59,706 nt of DNA from an uncultured Clostridia bacterium. Its GTDB lineage: Bacteria; Bacillota; Clostridia; Oscillospirales; CAG-272. The notes under the pieces are model-generated. The model was not told where the DNA came from. It made no database searches and saw nothing but the letters and a program-made list of their open reading frames with translations. The stretch is from assembly GCA_944383705.1 (NCBI GenBank), contig CALWQR010000004.1, positions 1 to 59,706 on the forward strand. The letters are read 5' to 3'. This document shows positions 32,869 to 42,964 of this stretch, one piece after another; the first letter of the stretch is position 1, and each line of letters begins with the position of its first letter. The translations under genes were made by a program, and so were the position numbers.

Positions 32869-32975
32869 TTCTATCACATCCTTCACCTGAAATTCGAGAG
32901 ACTTTGCGGGGGAGCCCTGCCGGGGCATGGGGCTTCCCCCTTGGACCTGTCCGGCGGAGCCTCGTTTTTTTGCGG

Positions 32976-34286
32976 CTACACGCCCAGCAGCGCGCGCAGC
33001 AGCGACTCGCCGTCGTTGCCCGCGGCGCGCACCGGAACGCCCAGCAGCTCCGAGAGCCGGGCAGGGGTCATGTCGTCAAGGAAGACGTCCCCCTCGGCGC
33101 GCAGCATGGCGGCGGGGAAGAGCAGCTCGTCCCCCAGCTCCTCCCCGGCCAGCTGCTCCGAGACGTCCTTGCCGGTCAGCAGCCCCGCCACGGTTACGCT
33201 CTCCCCGAAAAAGCGGTTGACGATGCGCCGCACCCGGACGGTCAGCCCCGGCACCCGCGCCTCGAGCCGGTGTGCCAGCCCGCAGATGTGGGCATATGCG
33301 GCGACCCCGGTTGCAACGGTTACCGTGCGGGGCGGCCGGAAGTCCGGGAGACGGGCGTCCAGTTCCTCCAGCGCAAAGTCAAATTCCGACTGCTGGGAGG
33401 CCAGCATCCCAACGCCGTTTTCGAGCTGGGAAAAGTCCTCGTAGTATTCCTCGGGCGGGACCGGCAGCCCGGCGCGCACATACAGCTCGTCGGCGCAGTA
33501 AAACAGACGGGTGCCCAGCCTGCGCAGGCAGTCGTCGCCAAAGCGGTTGACCTGTTCGATCACCCCGGCGCACTCGGCGGGCGTGAAGGGCTCGAGCGGA
33601 TAGAGCCCCTCCCGGAACCGGGTCAGCCCGGCCGGGACCACCGCGCAGGAGCGCAGCGCGGGGTGCAGCGCGCACAGGTCGCGCATGGTGCGGTCCAGCT
33701 CCGCCCCGTCGTTCAGCCCCCGGCAGAGCACAATCTGCGTGCACAGCGCAATGCCGGCCTCGGCCAGGCGCGGCAGATAGGCCAGCACCTCGCCCGCGCG
33801 CCGGTTCTTCATCATCTTCACCCGCAGCTCCGGGTTGGTGGTGTGCACCGACACGTTGATGGGGGAGAGATGCATGGCAATCAGACGCTCGATGTCGGCG
33901 TCGTGCAGATTGGTCAGCGTCACATAGTTGCCGTGCAGAAAGGAGAGACGGTCGTCATCGTCCTTGAAATACAGGGTCTGGCGCATTCCGGGCGGCATCT
34001 GGTCGACAAAGCAGAACACGCAGGCGTTGGCGCAGGAGCGCTTTTTGTCCATCAGCGGGGTGGCAAACTCCAGGCCGATGTCGTCGTATTCCCCCTTGTT
34101 GAGCGTGACGGCGTAGCGCTCGCCCTCCCGCTCCAGCTCCAGCCGCACCGAGCGGTCGGTCAGGTAAAAGCGGTAGTCCAGCACATCCCGGACGTCGTGC
34201 CCGTTGGCCGAGAGGAGCCGGTCGCCGCCCCGGATGCCGGCGTGTGCCGCCATGCTGCCCGGCGTCACCGATTGAATGGTCACCAT
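32976..34286 (-). CDS. DUF512 PDZ/radical-SAM-like protein
   Basis: N-terminal PDZ-like region, CANACVFC CxxxCxxC, LYFKDDD.RLSFLHGNY, QLENGVG; upstream of der. Confidence 0.9.
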   Translation of the reverse strand: MVTIQSVTPGSMAAHAGIRGGDRLLSANGHDVRDVLDYRFYLTDRSVRLELEREGERYAVTLNKGEYDDIGLEFATPLMDKKRSCANACVFCFVDQMPPGMRQTLYFKDDDDRLSFLHGNYVTLTNLHDADIERLIAMHLSPINVSVHTTNPELRVKMMKNRRAGEVLAYLPRLAEAGIALCTQIVLCRGLNDGAELDRTMRDLCALHPALRSCAVVPAGLTRFREGLYPLEPFTPAECAGVIEQVNRFGDDCLRRLGTRLFYCADELYVRAGLPVPPEEYYEDFSQLENGVGMLASQQSEFDFALEELDARLPDFRPPRTVTVATGVAAYAHICGLAHRLEARVPGLTVRVRRIVNRFFGESVTVAGLLTGKDVSEQLAGEELGDELLFPAAMLRAEGDVFLDDMTPARLSELLGVPVRAAGNDGESLLRALLGV

Positions 34287-34395
34287 AGTTTCACTCCCAA
34301 TCACACAAATGCGGGGGCGTTTGCCACGCCCCCGTGCCCCGCTTGCACAGGGTCAGCGTCGGATTCGTTTTTTCCGGACGGCGTCCGCCCGGCCC

Positions 34396-34773
34396 TCAGA
34401 TGAAATCCTCAATCGAGGTTTCGTTGTCCACTTCAATGGTGCGCAGCCGGTCGGCGGGCGGGACGGCCTCGGCGGCCCCGTCATCCTCGCGGTTCAGTGT
34501 TTCGCGGATCTGTTCGTCGGCCAGCGCGGCGTCCTCGTCGGTGAACATATCGTCCACCAGCACACGCTCGCGGTTTTCGCGGCGCCGTGGCTCGGTTGCC
34601 AGCACGGCCCCCACCAGGAGCCCTGCAATTCCCGCAACCAGCTCAACGGTATGGGCCGCCCGGTCTCTCCGCTTCCGGTCGGCGTAGTCCGCAATGGCAA
34701 TCAGGGAGCCCACCGCCACGGCGGCGCCCGTCAGCAGGAGTACTTTTTTGCTGTCCAGTTCCAGTTTTTTCAT
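34396..34773 (-). CDS. Small membrane-anchored hypothetical protein with an acidic tail
   Basis: Two hydrophobic segments, acidic C-terminus, AAGGA RBS. Confidence 0.7.
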   Translation of the reverse strand: MKKLELDSKKVLLLTGAAVAVGSLIAIADYADRKRRDRAAHTVELVAGIAGLLVGAVLATEPRRRENRERVLVDDMFTDEDAALADEQIRETLNREDDGAAEAVPPADRLRTIEVDNETSIEDFI

Positions 34774-34868
34774 TCTTTATTCCTTTCCTCCGGGCAATCC
34801 GGAAATGAGATGACAGATCGGCCGGCCGCCGGGGCGGCGGCTCTCCGGGGAGACCCCGGTGTGCGCGT

Positions 34869-35975
34869 TTATTTCGCGGTCATTTTGAGATAGGCGTTGA
34901 TAAAGCCGTCCAGGTCCCCGTCCATCACCGCCTGAATGTTCCCGGTTTCGTACCCGGTGCGGGTGTCCTTGACCAGCGTGTAGGGCATGAATACGTAGGA
35001 GCGGATCTGCGAGCCCCATTCGATGTTGGCCTTGTTGCCTTGAATGTCCTCGATGGTGTCCAGCCGCTCCTGCAGCTTGATTTCCATCAGCTTGGCCTTG
35101 AGCATGTGCAGCGCGGTTTCCTTGTTCTGCAACTGCGAGCGCTCGGTCTGGCAGCCCACCACAATGCCGGTCGGCTTGTGCACAATGCGGATGGCCGAGT
35201 CGGTTTTGTTGATGTGCTGTCCGCCGGCGCCGCTGGAGCGGTGCGCGGTGATTTCCAGGTCCTCGTCCCGCAGCACCACCTTGTCCACATCCTCAAATTC
35301 GGGCATGACCTCAATCGAGGCAAAGGAGGTCTGCCGGCGGCCGTTGGCGTCGAAGGGGGAGACCCGCACCAGCCGGTGCACGCCGTTTTCGCTTTTGAGA
35401 TAGCCGTAGGCGTTGGTGCCGATGACCATAATGGTGGCGCTCTTGATGCCGGCGCCGTCCCCCTCCAGCCAGTCGGTCAGCTTGACCTGAAAGCCGCTTT
35501 TTTCGGCCCAGCGGGTGATCATGCGGTAGAGCATCTGCGCCCAGTCCTGCGCCTCGGTGCCGCCGGCCCCGGGGTGAAAGGAGACAATGGCGTTGTTTTT
35601 GTCGTATTCGCCCGAGAGCAGAACCTCAATCCGGCGGTGCTCCTCCTCGGCGGTAATGGCCGCCAGCTCGGACTGCACCTCCTCCACGCAGCTCTCGTCG
35701 TTCTCCTCAATTGCCATTTCGGCCAGCGCAATGGCGTCCTCCAGCCGGGCGCACAGCCGCTCGTAGCCCTCCACCTTGTCCTGCGACTGCTTGATGACCT
35801 GCAGGACCTTGGAGGAGTTTTCGGTGTTGTTCCAGAAATCCGGGGCCGTTGTCTGCGCCTCCAGGTCCTTCAGCTTTTCCCGCGTCTCTTCAATCCGGAG
35901 CGCCGAGCCGAGATCCTTTACGCTTTCGCGCAGCCCGGTCAGCTTGTGCTTTGCATCCTCTAACGCAACGATCAA
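34869..35975 (-). CDS. prfB: Peptide chain release factor 2 (no programmed frameshift)
   Basis: GAGGTEAQDW, SPF anticodon motif, GAGGQHIN, WGSQIRSY; TTG start with GGGAGG RBS. Confidence 0.96.
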   Translation of the reverse strand: MIVALEDAKHKLTGLRESVKDLGSALRIEETREKLKDLEAQTTAPDFWNNTENSSKVLQVIKQSQDKVEGYERLCARLEDAIALAEMAIEENDESCVEEVQSELAAITAEEEHRRIEVLLSGEYDKNNAIVSFHPGAGGTEAQDWAQMLYRMITRWAEKSGFQVKLTDWLEGDGAGIKSATIMVIGTNAYGYLKSENGVHRLVRVSPFDANGRRQTSFASIEVMPEFEDVDKVVLRDEDLEITAHRSSGAGGQHINKTDSAIRIVHKPTGIVVGCQTERSQLQNKETALHMLKAKLMEIKLQERLDTIEDIQGNKANIEWGSQIRSYVFMPYTLVKDTRTGYETGNIQAVMDGDLDGFINAYLKMTAK

Positions 35976-36149
35976 ATGGTACCTCCCGCGCCCACCGGGC
36001 GCATTTTCGTCTCTATAAATTATTACCCGATATCTATTATATCATGCAAGCGTGTTCCTTGCAAGAGGATTTTCTGATTTTTTTGGAAATTTTTTCGCAT
36101 CGCGGCGAATCAGCGGCCCGATTCCGGCCCGGGCAGCGCGCTGCCGCCG

Positions 36150-37049
36150 TTATCGTTCCCGCCCGTCCGCTGTGCCCGGCGCGGGGAAAAAGGCCATTGC
36201 CCGGCCGACCGGGGGCGCCGGGAGGAGCAGCCCCAGCGAGGCCAGCACCCGCACGGCCGAGTAGGCGTCCAGCCCGCGCAGACGGCTCAGGGCCGAAAAC
36301 TGCCTGACGGTAAAGGGAGAGGGAAGCGCGGGGGGCACAAAACGGGCGAAATCGGAGGGCGTATGCAGCGAAAGCTCCCCCAGCAGCGAAAGCGGGATGC
36401 GCTCGAAGCGCGCCCGCCCGCCCCGGCGTCCCGGCGGGGGCGCCAGCCGGAAGTCGTACACCTCCAGCATCAGCAGCAGGAAGCGCAGGCGGGGGTGCCC
36501 GGGAAAGGGCAGGATTCCGTACAGCTCGGGCAGCAGCTCCTCGGCCCTGCCGTGGCGGGGGGAGCGGCGGCGGGGGGAAATTTCCTGCGTCCGGGGGTCA
36601 ATCAGGCTTACCCAGCGGTTCTGCGCCACCGGCCGCACCACCGTGACGGACAGGTCGGTCTGCTCCAGATAGTACCGCAGCTTTTCGCGCATCGGCGCGA
36701 AGGCGCCCGTCTGCACCTCGTACACCGACTGCCCGATGCGCACGTCCGGGATGTAGCGGGTGCCGGGGAGCCGCGTCTCGCACTGGGCGGGGTCGTCGGT
36801 CAGGTAGCGCTTGACAATCCGGTGCAGCCATTTTTCGGCCAATGTGCCGATGCCGGCCTCTCCGCTCCCACGCCGCTCGCGCATGGCCTCGGCGCACAGG
36901 CGCGCAAAGCGGGCGGCACGCTCCTGCGGCGTCAGCAGGGCGGGGACGCATGGGTCGGGGAAGCCGCCGGCCGGCTCCGCGGTCCGGGGAGCCGGCGCCG
37001 CAGGACCGCCCGGCAGCTGCGCGGGGTCTTGGGTGGACTGTGGCTTCAT
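36150..37049 (-). CDS. Hypothetical protein, possible PD-(D/E)xK-like fold with a C-terminal wHTH
   Basis: GIGTLAEKWLH, YIPDV..YEVQTG; GAGGA RBS; start uncertain. Confidence 0.65.
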   Translation of the reverse strand: MKPQSTQDPAQLPGGPAAPAPRTAEPAGGFPDPCVPALLTPQERAARFARLCAEAMRERRGSGEAGIGTLAEKWLHRIVKRYLTDDPAQCETRLPGTRYIPDVRIGQSVYEVQTGAFAPMREKLRYYLEQTDLSVTVVRPVAQNRWVSLIDPRTQEISPRRRSPRHGRAEELLPELYGILPFPGHPRLRFLLLMLEVYDFRLAPPPGRRGGRARFERIPLSLLGELSLHTPSDFARFVPPALPSPFTVRQFSALSRLRGLDAYSAVRVLASLGLLLPAPPVGRAMAFFPAPGTADGRER

Positions 37050-37303
37050 GGCGCTTCCTCCTCGGCGGCAGAATCACCGGGGGACGCCGCTCCGGCGGGA
37101 CGCCCGGTTTTGCTTTTATTTTACCACAACCGCCCCCGGTTGTCAAGCGCCGGGCGGGCAGTGTACGGCCCGCAGGTCTCTTTTTTGCAAAAAAGCATTG
37201 ATTTTTTCCGCAAAATGTGGTATGATAAAGAGCACGACATCCCGCCGCGGTGGGATGCATTGCCGGCGCGTGCTGCGCGCCGCACGACAGAGGAGCCTGT
37301 GAG

Positions 37304-38077
37304 ATGACCGAACTGATTGCAAAACGGCAGTTCTCAGCGATGTATATCTGGCTGGATCTTGCCTTTCTGGCCGTGCTGGCCGCGCTGTTGCTGTACCGGC
37401 GCAAATATGCCACGGTACTGGTCGGGCTGCTGGCCGGGGTGCTTTATATGCTGGTGGATTACGGCATTTTTCATCTGGTGTGCCATTCCCGCAGCATTCA
37501 GGGGGGCTCGCTGTTCTGGGTGCTGCTGTGGATGTCGATGAGCTATGGCTTTACCAACTTTGTCTGGATCTGGCTGTGGCTTTCCCGGGACCGGCACCTG
37601 TTTGAGTGGTCGGCGCTGATTCTGCTGTGGTGGTTCTGCTGCCCGCTGCTGGCCGAAACCTTTGGCGGGGAGGCGACCATTGTCATTCAGCGCACCACCG
37701 GTGCGTATCACGGGTACATGGCGCTGATTCTGTTTGCCGGATACCTGGGGGCCATTGTATACAATCTGGCGCAGGGGCAGCGCTGCCGGCGCGTCAGCCT
37801 GCCCTGGCTGCTGGCCATCGGCATCCTAGTGCAGCTGGGCTGGGAGGCCGGGCTGCTGCTGGGCGGCATCCGCAGCGCGGGCTTTGCTCCGGCCGAGCAG
37901 CTGCGCACACTCCTGGTCAATTCGCTCCTGGAGACCAACCTCGGAATGCCGTATATCTATCTGATTTTCATTGCGTTCACGGCAAAGCGCACCGAGCAGC
38001 TCCGCCGCCGGAGCCATCCCCTGACCCTGGCCGGACGGATTGAGGAAAACAACGCCGAGCGCGTCCGCGGGAGCTGA
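37304..38077 (+). CDS. Integral membrane hypothetical protein
   Basis: About 7 hydrophobic segments; GAGGAG RBS; TG-TATGAT promoter upstream. Confidence 0.75.
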   Translation: MTELIAKRQFSAMYIWLDLAFLAVLAALLLYRRKYATVLVGLLAGVLYMLVDYGIFHLVCHSRSIQGGSLFWVLLWMSMSYGFTNFVWIWLWLSRDRHLFEWSALILLWWFCCPLLAETFGGEATIVIQRTTGAYHGYMALILFAGYLGAIVYNLAQGQRCRRVSLPWLLAIGILVQLGWEAGLLLGGIRSAGFAPAEQLRTLLVNSLLETNLGMPYIYLIFIAFTAKRTEQLRRRSHPLTLAGRIEENNAERVRGS

Positions 38078-38277
38078 GCCTTCCGCACGGTCCCGGCGGC
38101 CGCCCGGTTTGCTCGGACTGCTGCGCGGGCAAAACGGCAGGACGTCCCGCAATTGGTACATCGGCTGTGATATACTGATTCTGCGGGCGGCCGCCGGGGC
38201 GGCGTCTGCCCGGGGCACACGCGGGCGTTTTCCTGCCCTGGCAGGAGTTCACAATTGCCGGAATTATATAAAAACAA

Positions 38278-38306
38278 TTGACAAATCGCATTTTTTGTGG
38301 TATGAT
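38278..38306 (+). promoter_or_regulatory. Sigma-A promoter of the rml-capD operon
   Basis: TTGACA-17-TATGAT with TG extension. Confidence 0.7.
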
Positions 38307-38512
38307 ATAAGACATCCGATGACGCATACCGTTTTGCATCGGCAGTCTTTTTTTGCGGGACGGGCTCCTGACGTCTGCCGGAAGCCGATCAAACCAGTTG
38401 ATAGAATTTGTAACAATCTGACAATGCCCGCCGGACGGCGGCGCCTGCTCCGGGACCGGTTGGAGCCGGCCGGGCATCTGGAAAACGACGGAACAGAGAG
38501 GAAGAAAAAGGA

Positions 38513-39415
38513 ATGCGGATTCTGATTACCGGCGCCCGCGGGCAGCTGGGGAGCGACCTGATGCGCGAGCTGTGCGCGCGGGGCGAGGACGCGGTGGGCG
38601 TGGACCTGGAGGAAATGGATATCACCGACCCTGCCGCCGTATCCCGCGTGCTGCGCGACGTCCGGCCCGGCGCGGTGATTCACTGCGCCGCCTGGACCGC
38701 GGTGGACGCCGCCGAGGAGCCCGAAAACCGGGAGAAGGTGCGGCTGGTGAACGCCGCCGGAACCGAGAACATTGCCCGGGTCTGCCGGGAGCTGGACTGC
38801 AAAATGATGTATATCTCCACCGATTACGTGTTCGGCGGGGATGGCAGCGCGCCCTGGGAGCCCGACTGTACGGCCTTTGCGCCGCTGAACGTGTACGGCG
38901 AGACCAAGCTGGCCGGCGAGATGGCGGTGCGGTCGCTGGTGCGGCGGCACTTCATCGTGCGCATTGCCTGGGTGTTTGGCCTGCACGGGGGCAACTTCAT
39001 CAAAACCATGCTGCGGCTGGGGAAAACGCACCCCTGCCTGCGCGTGGTCAACGACCAGATCGGCACACCCACCTACACGGTGGACCTGGCGAGACTGCTG
39101 GCGGATATGATTGCCACCGACCGGTATGGCTGCTACCACGCCACCAACGAGGGCGGATACATTTCCTGGGCCGATTTCGCGGCCGAAATTTTCCGTCAGG
39201 CCGGCATGTCCACAGAGGTGACGCCGGTCAGCACCGCCGAGTACGGGCTGTCCCGGGCCCGGCGACCTTACAACAGCCGGCTGGACAAGCGCAAGCTGGC
39301 CGAAAACGGCTTTGTTCCGCTGCCCGACTGGCGGGATGCGCTGGCAAGATATCTCAAGGAACTGGAAAGGTGGGAGGCAGATGGGACAGATTCGGGTCAC
39401 AAGACCGGAAATTGA
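38513..39415 (+). CDS. rmlD: dTDP-4-dehydrorhamnose reductase
   Basis: TGARGQLG, HCAAWTAVDAAE, ISTDYVF, YGETK, VNDQIGTPT. Confidence 0.96.
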   Translation: MRILITGARGQLGSDLMRELCARGEDAVGVDLEEMDITDPAAVSRVLRDVRPGAVIHCAAWTAVDAAEEPENREKVRLVNAAGTENIARVCRELDCKMMYISTDYVFGGDGSAPWEPDCTAFAPLNVYGETKLAGEMAVRSLVRRHFIVRIAWVFGLHGGNFIKTMLRLGKTHPCLRVVNDQIGTPTYTVDLARLLADMIATDRYGCYHATNEGGYISWADFAAEIFRQAGMSTEVTPVSTAEYGLSRARRPYNSRLDKRKLAENGFVPLPDWRDALARYLKELERWEADGTDSGHKTGN

Positions 39416-39932
39416 AGGGCTGTGCGTGATTGAGCCGACGGTACACGGCGACGAGCGCGGCTATTTTATGGAGACCTATAACCAACGCGACATGCGGGAG
39501 GCGGGCCTGGACATGGTGTTCGTGCAGGACAATCAGTCCATGTCCCGCCGCGGTGTGCTGCGCGGGCTGCATTATCAGAAGCGGCACCCGCAGGGCAAGC
39601 TGGTGCGGGTGATCTCGGGCACGGTGTTTGACGTGGCCGTGGACCTGCGCCGGGGCTCACCCACCTTTGGCAGGTGGTACGGCATTGAGCTGAGCGCCGA
39701 AAACAAAAAGCAGTTCTACATTCCCGAGGGCTTTGCGCACGGCTTTCTGGTCCGCTCCGAGACCGCCGAGTTCTGCTACAAGGTCACGGATTTCTATCAC
39801 CCCGACGATGAGGGCGGGCTGATGTGGAACGATCCCGACATCGGCATCGACTGGGGGGACGTGAGCCAGGTGATTCTCAACGAAAAGGACAAGCACCACC
39901 CCGGCCTGCGGGAGCTTGCCCGCACGCTGTGA
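39381..39932 (+). CDS. rmlC: dTDP-4-dehydrorhamnose 3,5-epimerase
   Basis: DERGYFMETY, FVQDNQS, VLRGLHYQ, GFAHGF. Confidence 0.96.
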   Translation: MGQIRVTRPEIEGLCVIEPTVHGDERGYFMETYNQRDMREAGLDMVFVQDNQSMSRRGVLRGLHYQKRHPQGKLVRVISGTVFDVAVDLRRGSPTFGRWYGIELSAENKKQFYIPEGFAHGFLVRSETAEFCYKVTDFYHPDDEGGLMWNDPDIGIDWGDVSQVILNEKDKHHPGLRELARTL

Positions 39933-39950
39933 GGCGGAAGGAGGAAACAG

Positions 39951-40976
39951 ATGGGCAAAACCATTCTTGTCACCGGCGGCGCCGGCTTCATCGGCTCCAA
40001 TTTCATTTACGACCAGCTGCGGCGCCATCCGGGCGACCGCGTGGTCTGCGTGGACTGCCTGACCTATGCCGGCAACCTTTCCACGCTGGCCGAGGCGCTG
40101 AAGCATCCGGACTTCCGCTTCTGCAAAATCAACATCTGCGACCGGGAGGGGATAGACCGCATTTTTGCCGAGGAGCACCCCGACATTGTGGTCAATTTTG
40201 CGGCCGAGAGCCATGTGGACCGGTCGATTGAGAACCCCGAGGTCTTTCTGCAAACCAACATTCTGGGCACCCAGGTGATGATGGATGCCTGTCGCAAATA
40301 CGGTGTCGGGCGCTACCATCAGGTCTCCACCGACGAGGTGTACGGCGACCTGCCGCTGGACCGCCCCGACCTGTTTTTCACCGAGCAGACCCCGATTCAC
40401 ACCAGCAGCCCCTACAGCGCCTCCAAGGCCGGGGCCGACCTGCTGGTGCAGGCCTATTACCGCACCTACGGGCTGCCGGTGACCATCAGCCGCTGCTCCA
40501 ACAACTACGGGCCCTATCATTTTCCCGAAAAGCTGATTCCCCTGATGATTGCCAATGCCCTGAACGACAAGCCCCTGCCGGTGTACGGCAAGGGGGAAAA
40601 CGTGCGGGACTGGCTGTATGTTGAGGATCACTGCCGGGCCATCGATCTCATCATCCGCCGCGGGACCGTGGGCGAGGTGTACAACGTGGGCGGACACAAT
40701 GAGATGTCCAACCTGGAAATTGTCAGACTGATCTGCAAAAAGCTGGGCAAGCCTGAGTCGCTCATCCGCTTTGTGGCCGACCGTAAGGGGCATGACATGC
40801 GCTATGCCATCGACCCGACCAAGATTCACAACGAGCTGGGCTGGCTCCCCGAGACCCGCTTTGCGGACGGCATTGACAGGACGATTGAGTGGTATCTGAC
40901 GCACCGCGAATGGTGGGAGACCATCATCTCGGGCGAGTACCGCAATTATTACGACCGGATGTACGCCAACCGCTGA
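39951..40976 (+). CDS. rmlB: dTDP-glucose 4,6-dehydratase
   Basis: TGGAGFIGSNF, FAAESHVDRSI, VSTDEVYG, YSASK, RKGHDMRY. Confidence 0.97.
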   Translation: MGKTILVTGGAGFIGSNFIYDQLRRHPGDRVVCVDCLTYAGNLSTLAEALKHPDFRFCKINICDREGIDRIFAEEHPDIVVNFAAESHVDRSIENPEVFLQTNILGTQVMMDACRKYGVGRYHQVSTDEVYGDLPLDRPDLFFTEQTPIHTSSPYSASKAGADLLVQAYYRTYGLPVTISRCSNNYGPYHFPEKLIPLMIANALNDKPLPVYGKGENVRDWLYVEDHCRAIDLIIRRGTVGEVYNVGGHNEMSNLEIVRLICKKLGKPESLIRFVADRKGHDMRYAIDPTKIHNELGWLPETRFADGIDRTIEWYLTHREWWETIISGEYRNYYDRMYANR

Positions 40977-41044
40977 CAGATCCGCCGGCCGTCCGCACCG
41001 CCCGCGGAGCGGAGGGCCCGGCATGCGCATAAGGAGAGAAACGC

Positions 41045-42964
41045 ATGAAAAAAATGAAAATCAGTATGAAGAACGTCATTCTCATCGGCTTCGATGTCCT
41101 TTGTTTCTGTGTGATTGCGGCGTTGTATTTTATCATTTCCGGGCTGGTATCCTACAGCATTCCGGTGGACGATGTGCCGCGGTATCTGGGGAATATCGCT
41201 ATTCTGCTGGTGCTGACCTTCGCGTTCCGCCTGCTGATGGGGGTGTACTCCACGGTGTGGCGCTACACCAGTACGCAGTCCTATTTCCGGCTGATTCTGG
41301 CCGACATGTTCGGGGGCCTTACCGCCCTGGTTGTGGCCCGCCTGTTCCGGCTGTGGCCGGGGGTGTGGCTGTTTGTTACGGTCACGGCCCTGAGCGCCCT
41401 GGCCGCGCTCTCGGCCCGCTACTGCTATCGCCTGCTGTACAAGCACCGGCACTGCGGGCAGCCCGGCCAGACGGGCACGCAGATCCGGGTCGCCATTGTC
41501 GGCGCGGGGCAGCTGGGGGTGTTCCTGGCCAATGAGCTGCGCACCAATCCCAACTCCCATTATCAGCCGGTCTGCTTCATTGACACCGACAAAAACAAAA
41601 TCCGCAGCAAGGTGGTGGAGCTGCCGGTTTACCCCGACCAGGGGGTGGGGGACCTGCTTTCCGCGCAGAACATCAGCGAGGTTATCATCGCCATCTCGCG
41701 CCTGAACACCGAGGAGCTGGAAAAGCTGTATCATCAGTATGAGGAATATGGCTGCAAGGTCAAAATTTACGACAGCCCGATCCGCGAGGGGATCGGTGTG
41801 GACGACCGGGAGGAGAAGCACCGGATCGTGCGGGAATTCCAGATTGAGGATTTGCTGTTCCGCAAGCCGATTTCGGTTACCGATTCCGAGGCACTGCGCT
41901 ATTACCGCGACCAGGTGGTACTGGTGACCGGCGGAGGAGGCTCGATCGGCAGCGAGCTCTGCCGGCAGATTGCCAAGTGCCGGCCCCGGCAGCTGGTGAT
42001 TTTTGATATCTACGAAAACAACGCCTACGACATTCAGCAGGAGCTGCTCAGCTTTTACGGCGACACCCTGCGGCTGAATGTGGAAATCGGCTCGGTGCGG
42101 GACCGCCAGCGCCTGGAGGCCGTGTTTGCGGCCTACCGGCCGGATATCGTTTTCCATGCGGCGGCACACAAGCACGTGCCCCTGATGGAGGACAGCGGCA
42201 CCGAGGCCATCAAAAACAACGTGCTGGGCACCTGTAACACCGCCGACATGGCCGAGGCCTACGGGGTGAAAAAATTCATCCTGATTTCCACCGACAAGGC
42301 CGTCAACCCCACCAATATCATGGGGGCTTCCAAGCGGATGTGCGAGATGGTGGTGCAGTGCCGGACCGACAGCAAAACCTCGTTTGCCGCGGTGCGCTTC
42401 GGCAACGTGCTGGGCTCCAACGGCTCGGTAATCCCGCTGTTCAAAAAGCAGATTGCCGCCGGCGGGCCGGTGACCATCACCGACAAGCGCATTGTCCGCT
42501 ATTTCATGACCATTCCCGAGGCCAGCCAGCTGGTGATGCAGGCCGGGGCCATGGCCAAGCGCGGGGAGCTGTTTGTGCTGGATATGGGCAAGCCTGTGCA
42601 CATCTATGAGCTGGCCCGGAATATGATCAAGCTCTCGGGCTTTGTGCCGGACAAGGACATTGAAATCAAGGAGGTCGGCCTGCGCCCGGGCGAAAAGCTG
42701 TACGAGGAGCTGCTGATGAAAGCCGAAACCATGGAGAAAACCGCGAACCACCTGATTTTCATCGAAAAGGATACCCCGCTGAGCCGCGAGCAGGTGGAGC
42801 AGAAGCTGGCCGTCCTGCAGCAGGCCGTGGAGGATTGCGAGCGCGGCGGAAAGCGCGAGGCGGTCAAGAACGCCTTCCGGCAGACCGTTCCGACCTATCG
42901 CGACCCCGAGGAGCTGAACCGTCGGGCAGAGCAGTCCAACGAAATGCAGATGGCAATTGTATGA
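41045..42964 (+). CDS. CapD/PglF/WbpM-type membrane NDP-sugar dehydratase
   Basis: 4 N-terminal TMs, TGGGGSIGSEL, HAAAHKHVP, STDKAVNP, RFGNVLGS, GLRPGEKLYEEL. Confidence 0.93.
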   Translation: MKKMKISMKNVILIGFDVLCFCVIAALYFIISGLVSYSIPVDDVPRYLGNIAILLVLTFAFRLLMGVYSTVWRYTSTQSYFRLILADMFGGLTALVVARLFRLWPGVWLFVTVTALSALAALSARYCYRLLYKHRHCGQPGQTGTQIRVAIVGAGQLGVFLANELRTNPNSHYQPVCFIDTDKNKIRSKVVELPVYPDQGVGDLLSAQNISEVIIAISRLNTEELEKLYHQYEEYGCKVKIYDSPIREGIGVDDREEKHRIVREFQIEDLLFRKPISVTDSEALRYYRDQVVLVTGGGGSIGSELCRQIAKCRPRQLVIFDIYENNAYDIQQELLSFYGDTLRLNVEIGSVRDRQRLEAVFAAYRPDIVFHAAAHKHVPLMEDSGTEAIKNNVLGTCNTADMAEAYGVKKFILISTDKAVNPTNIMGASKRMCEMVVQCRTDSKTSFAAVRFGNVLGSNGSVIPLFKKQIAAGGPVTITDKRIVRYFMTIPEASQLVMQAGAMAKRGELFVLDMGKPVHIYELARNMIKLSGFVPDKDIEIKEVGLRPGEKLYEELLMKAETMEKTANHLIFIEKDTPLSREQVEQKLAVLQQAVEDCERGGKREAVKNAFRQTVPTYRDPEELNRRAEQSNEMQMAIV

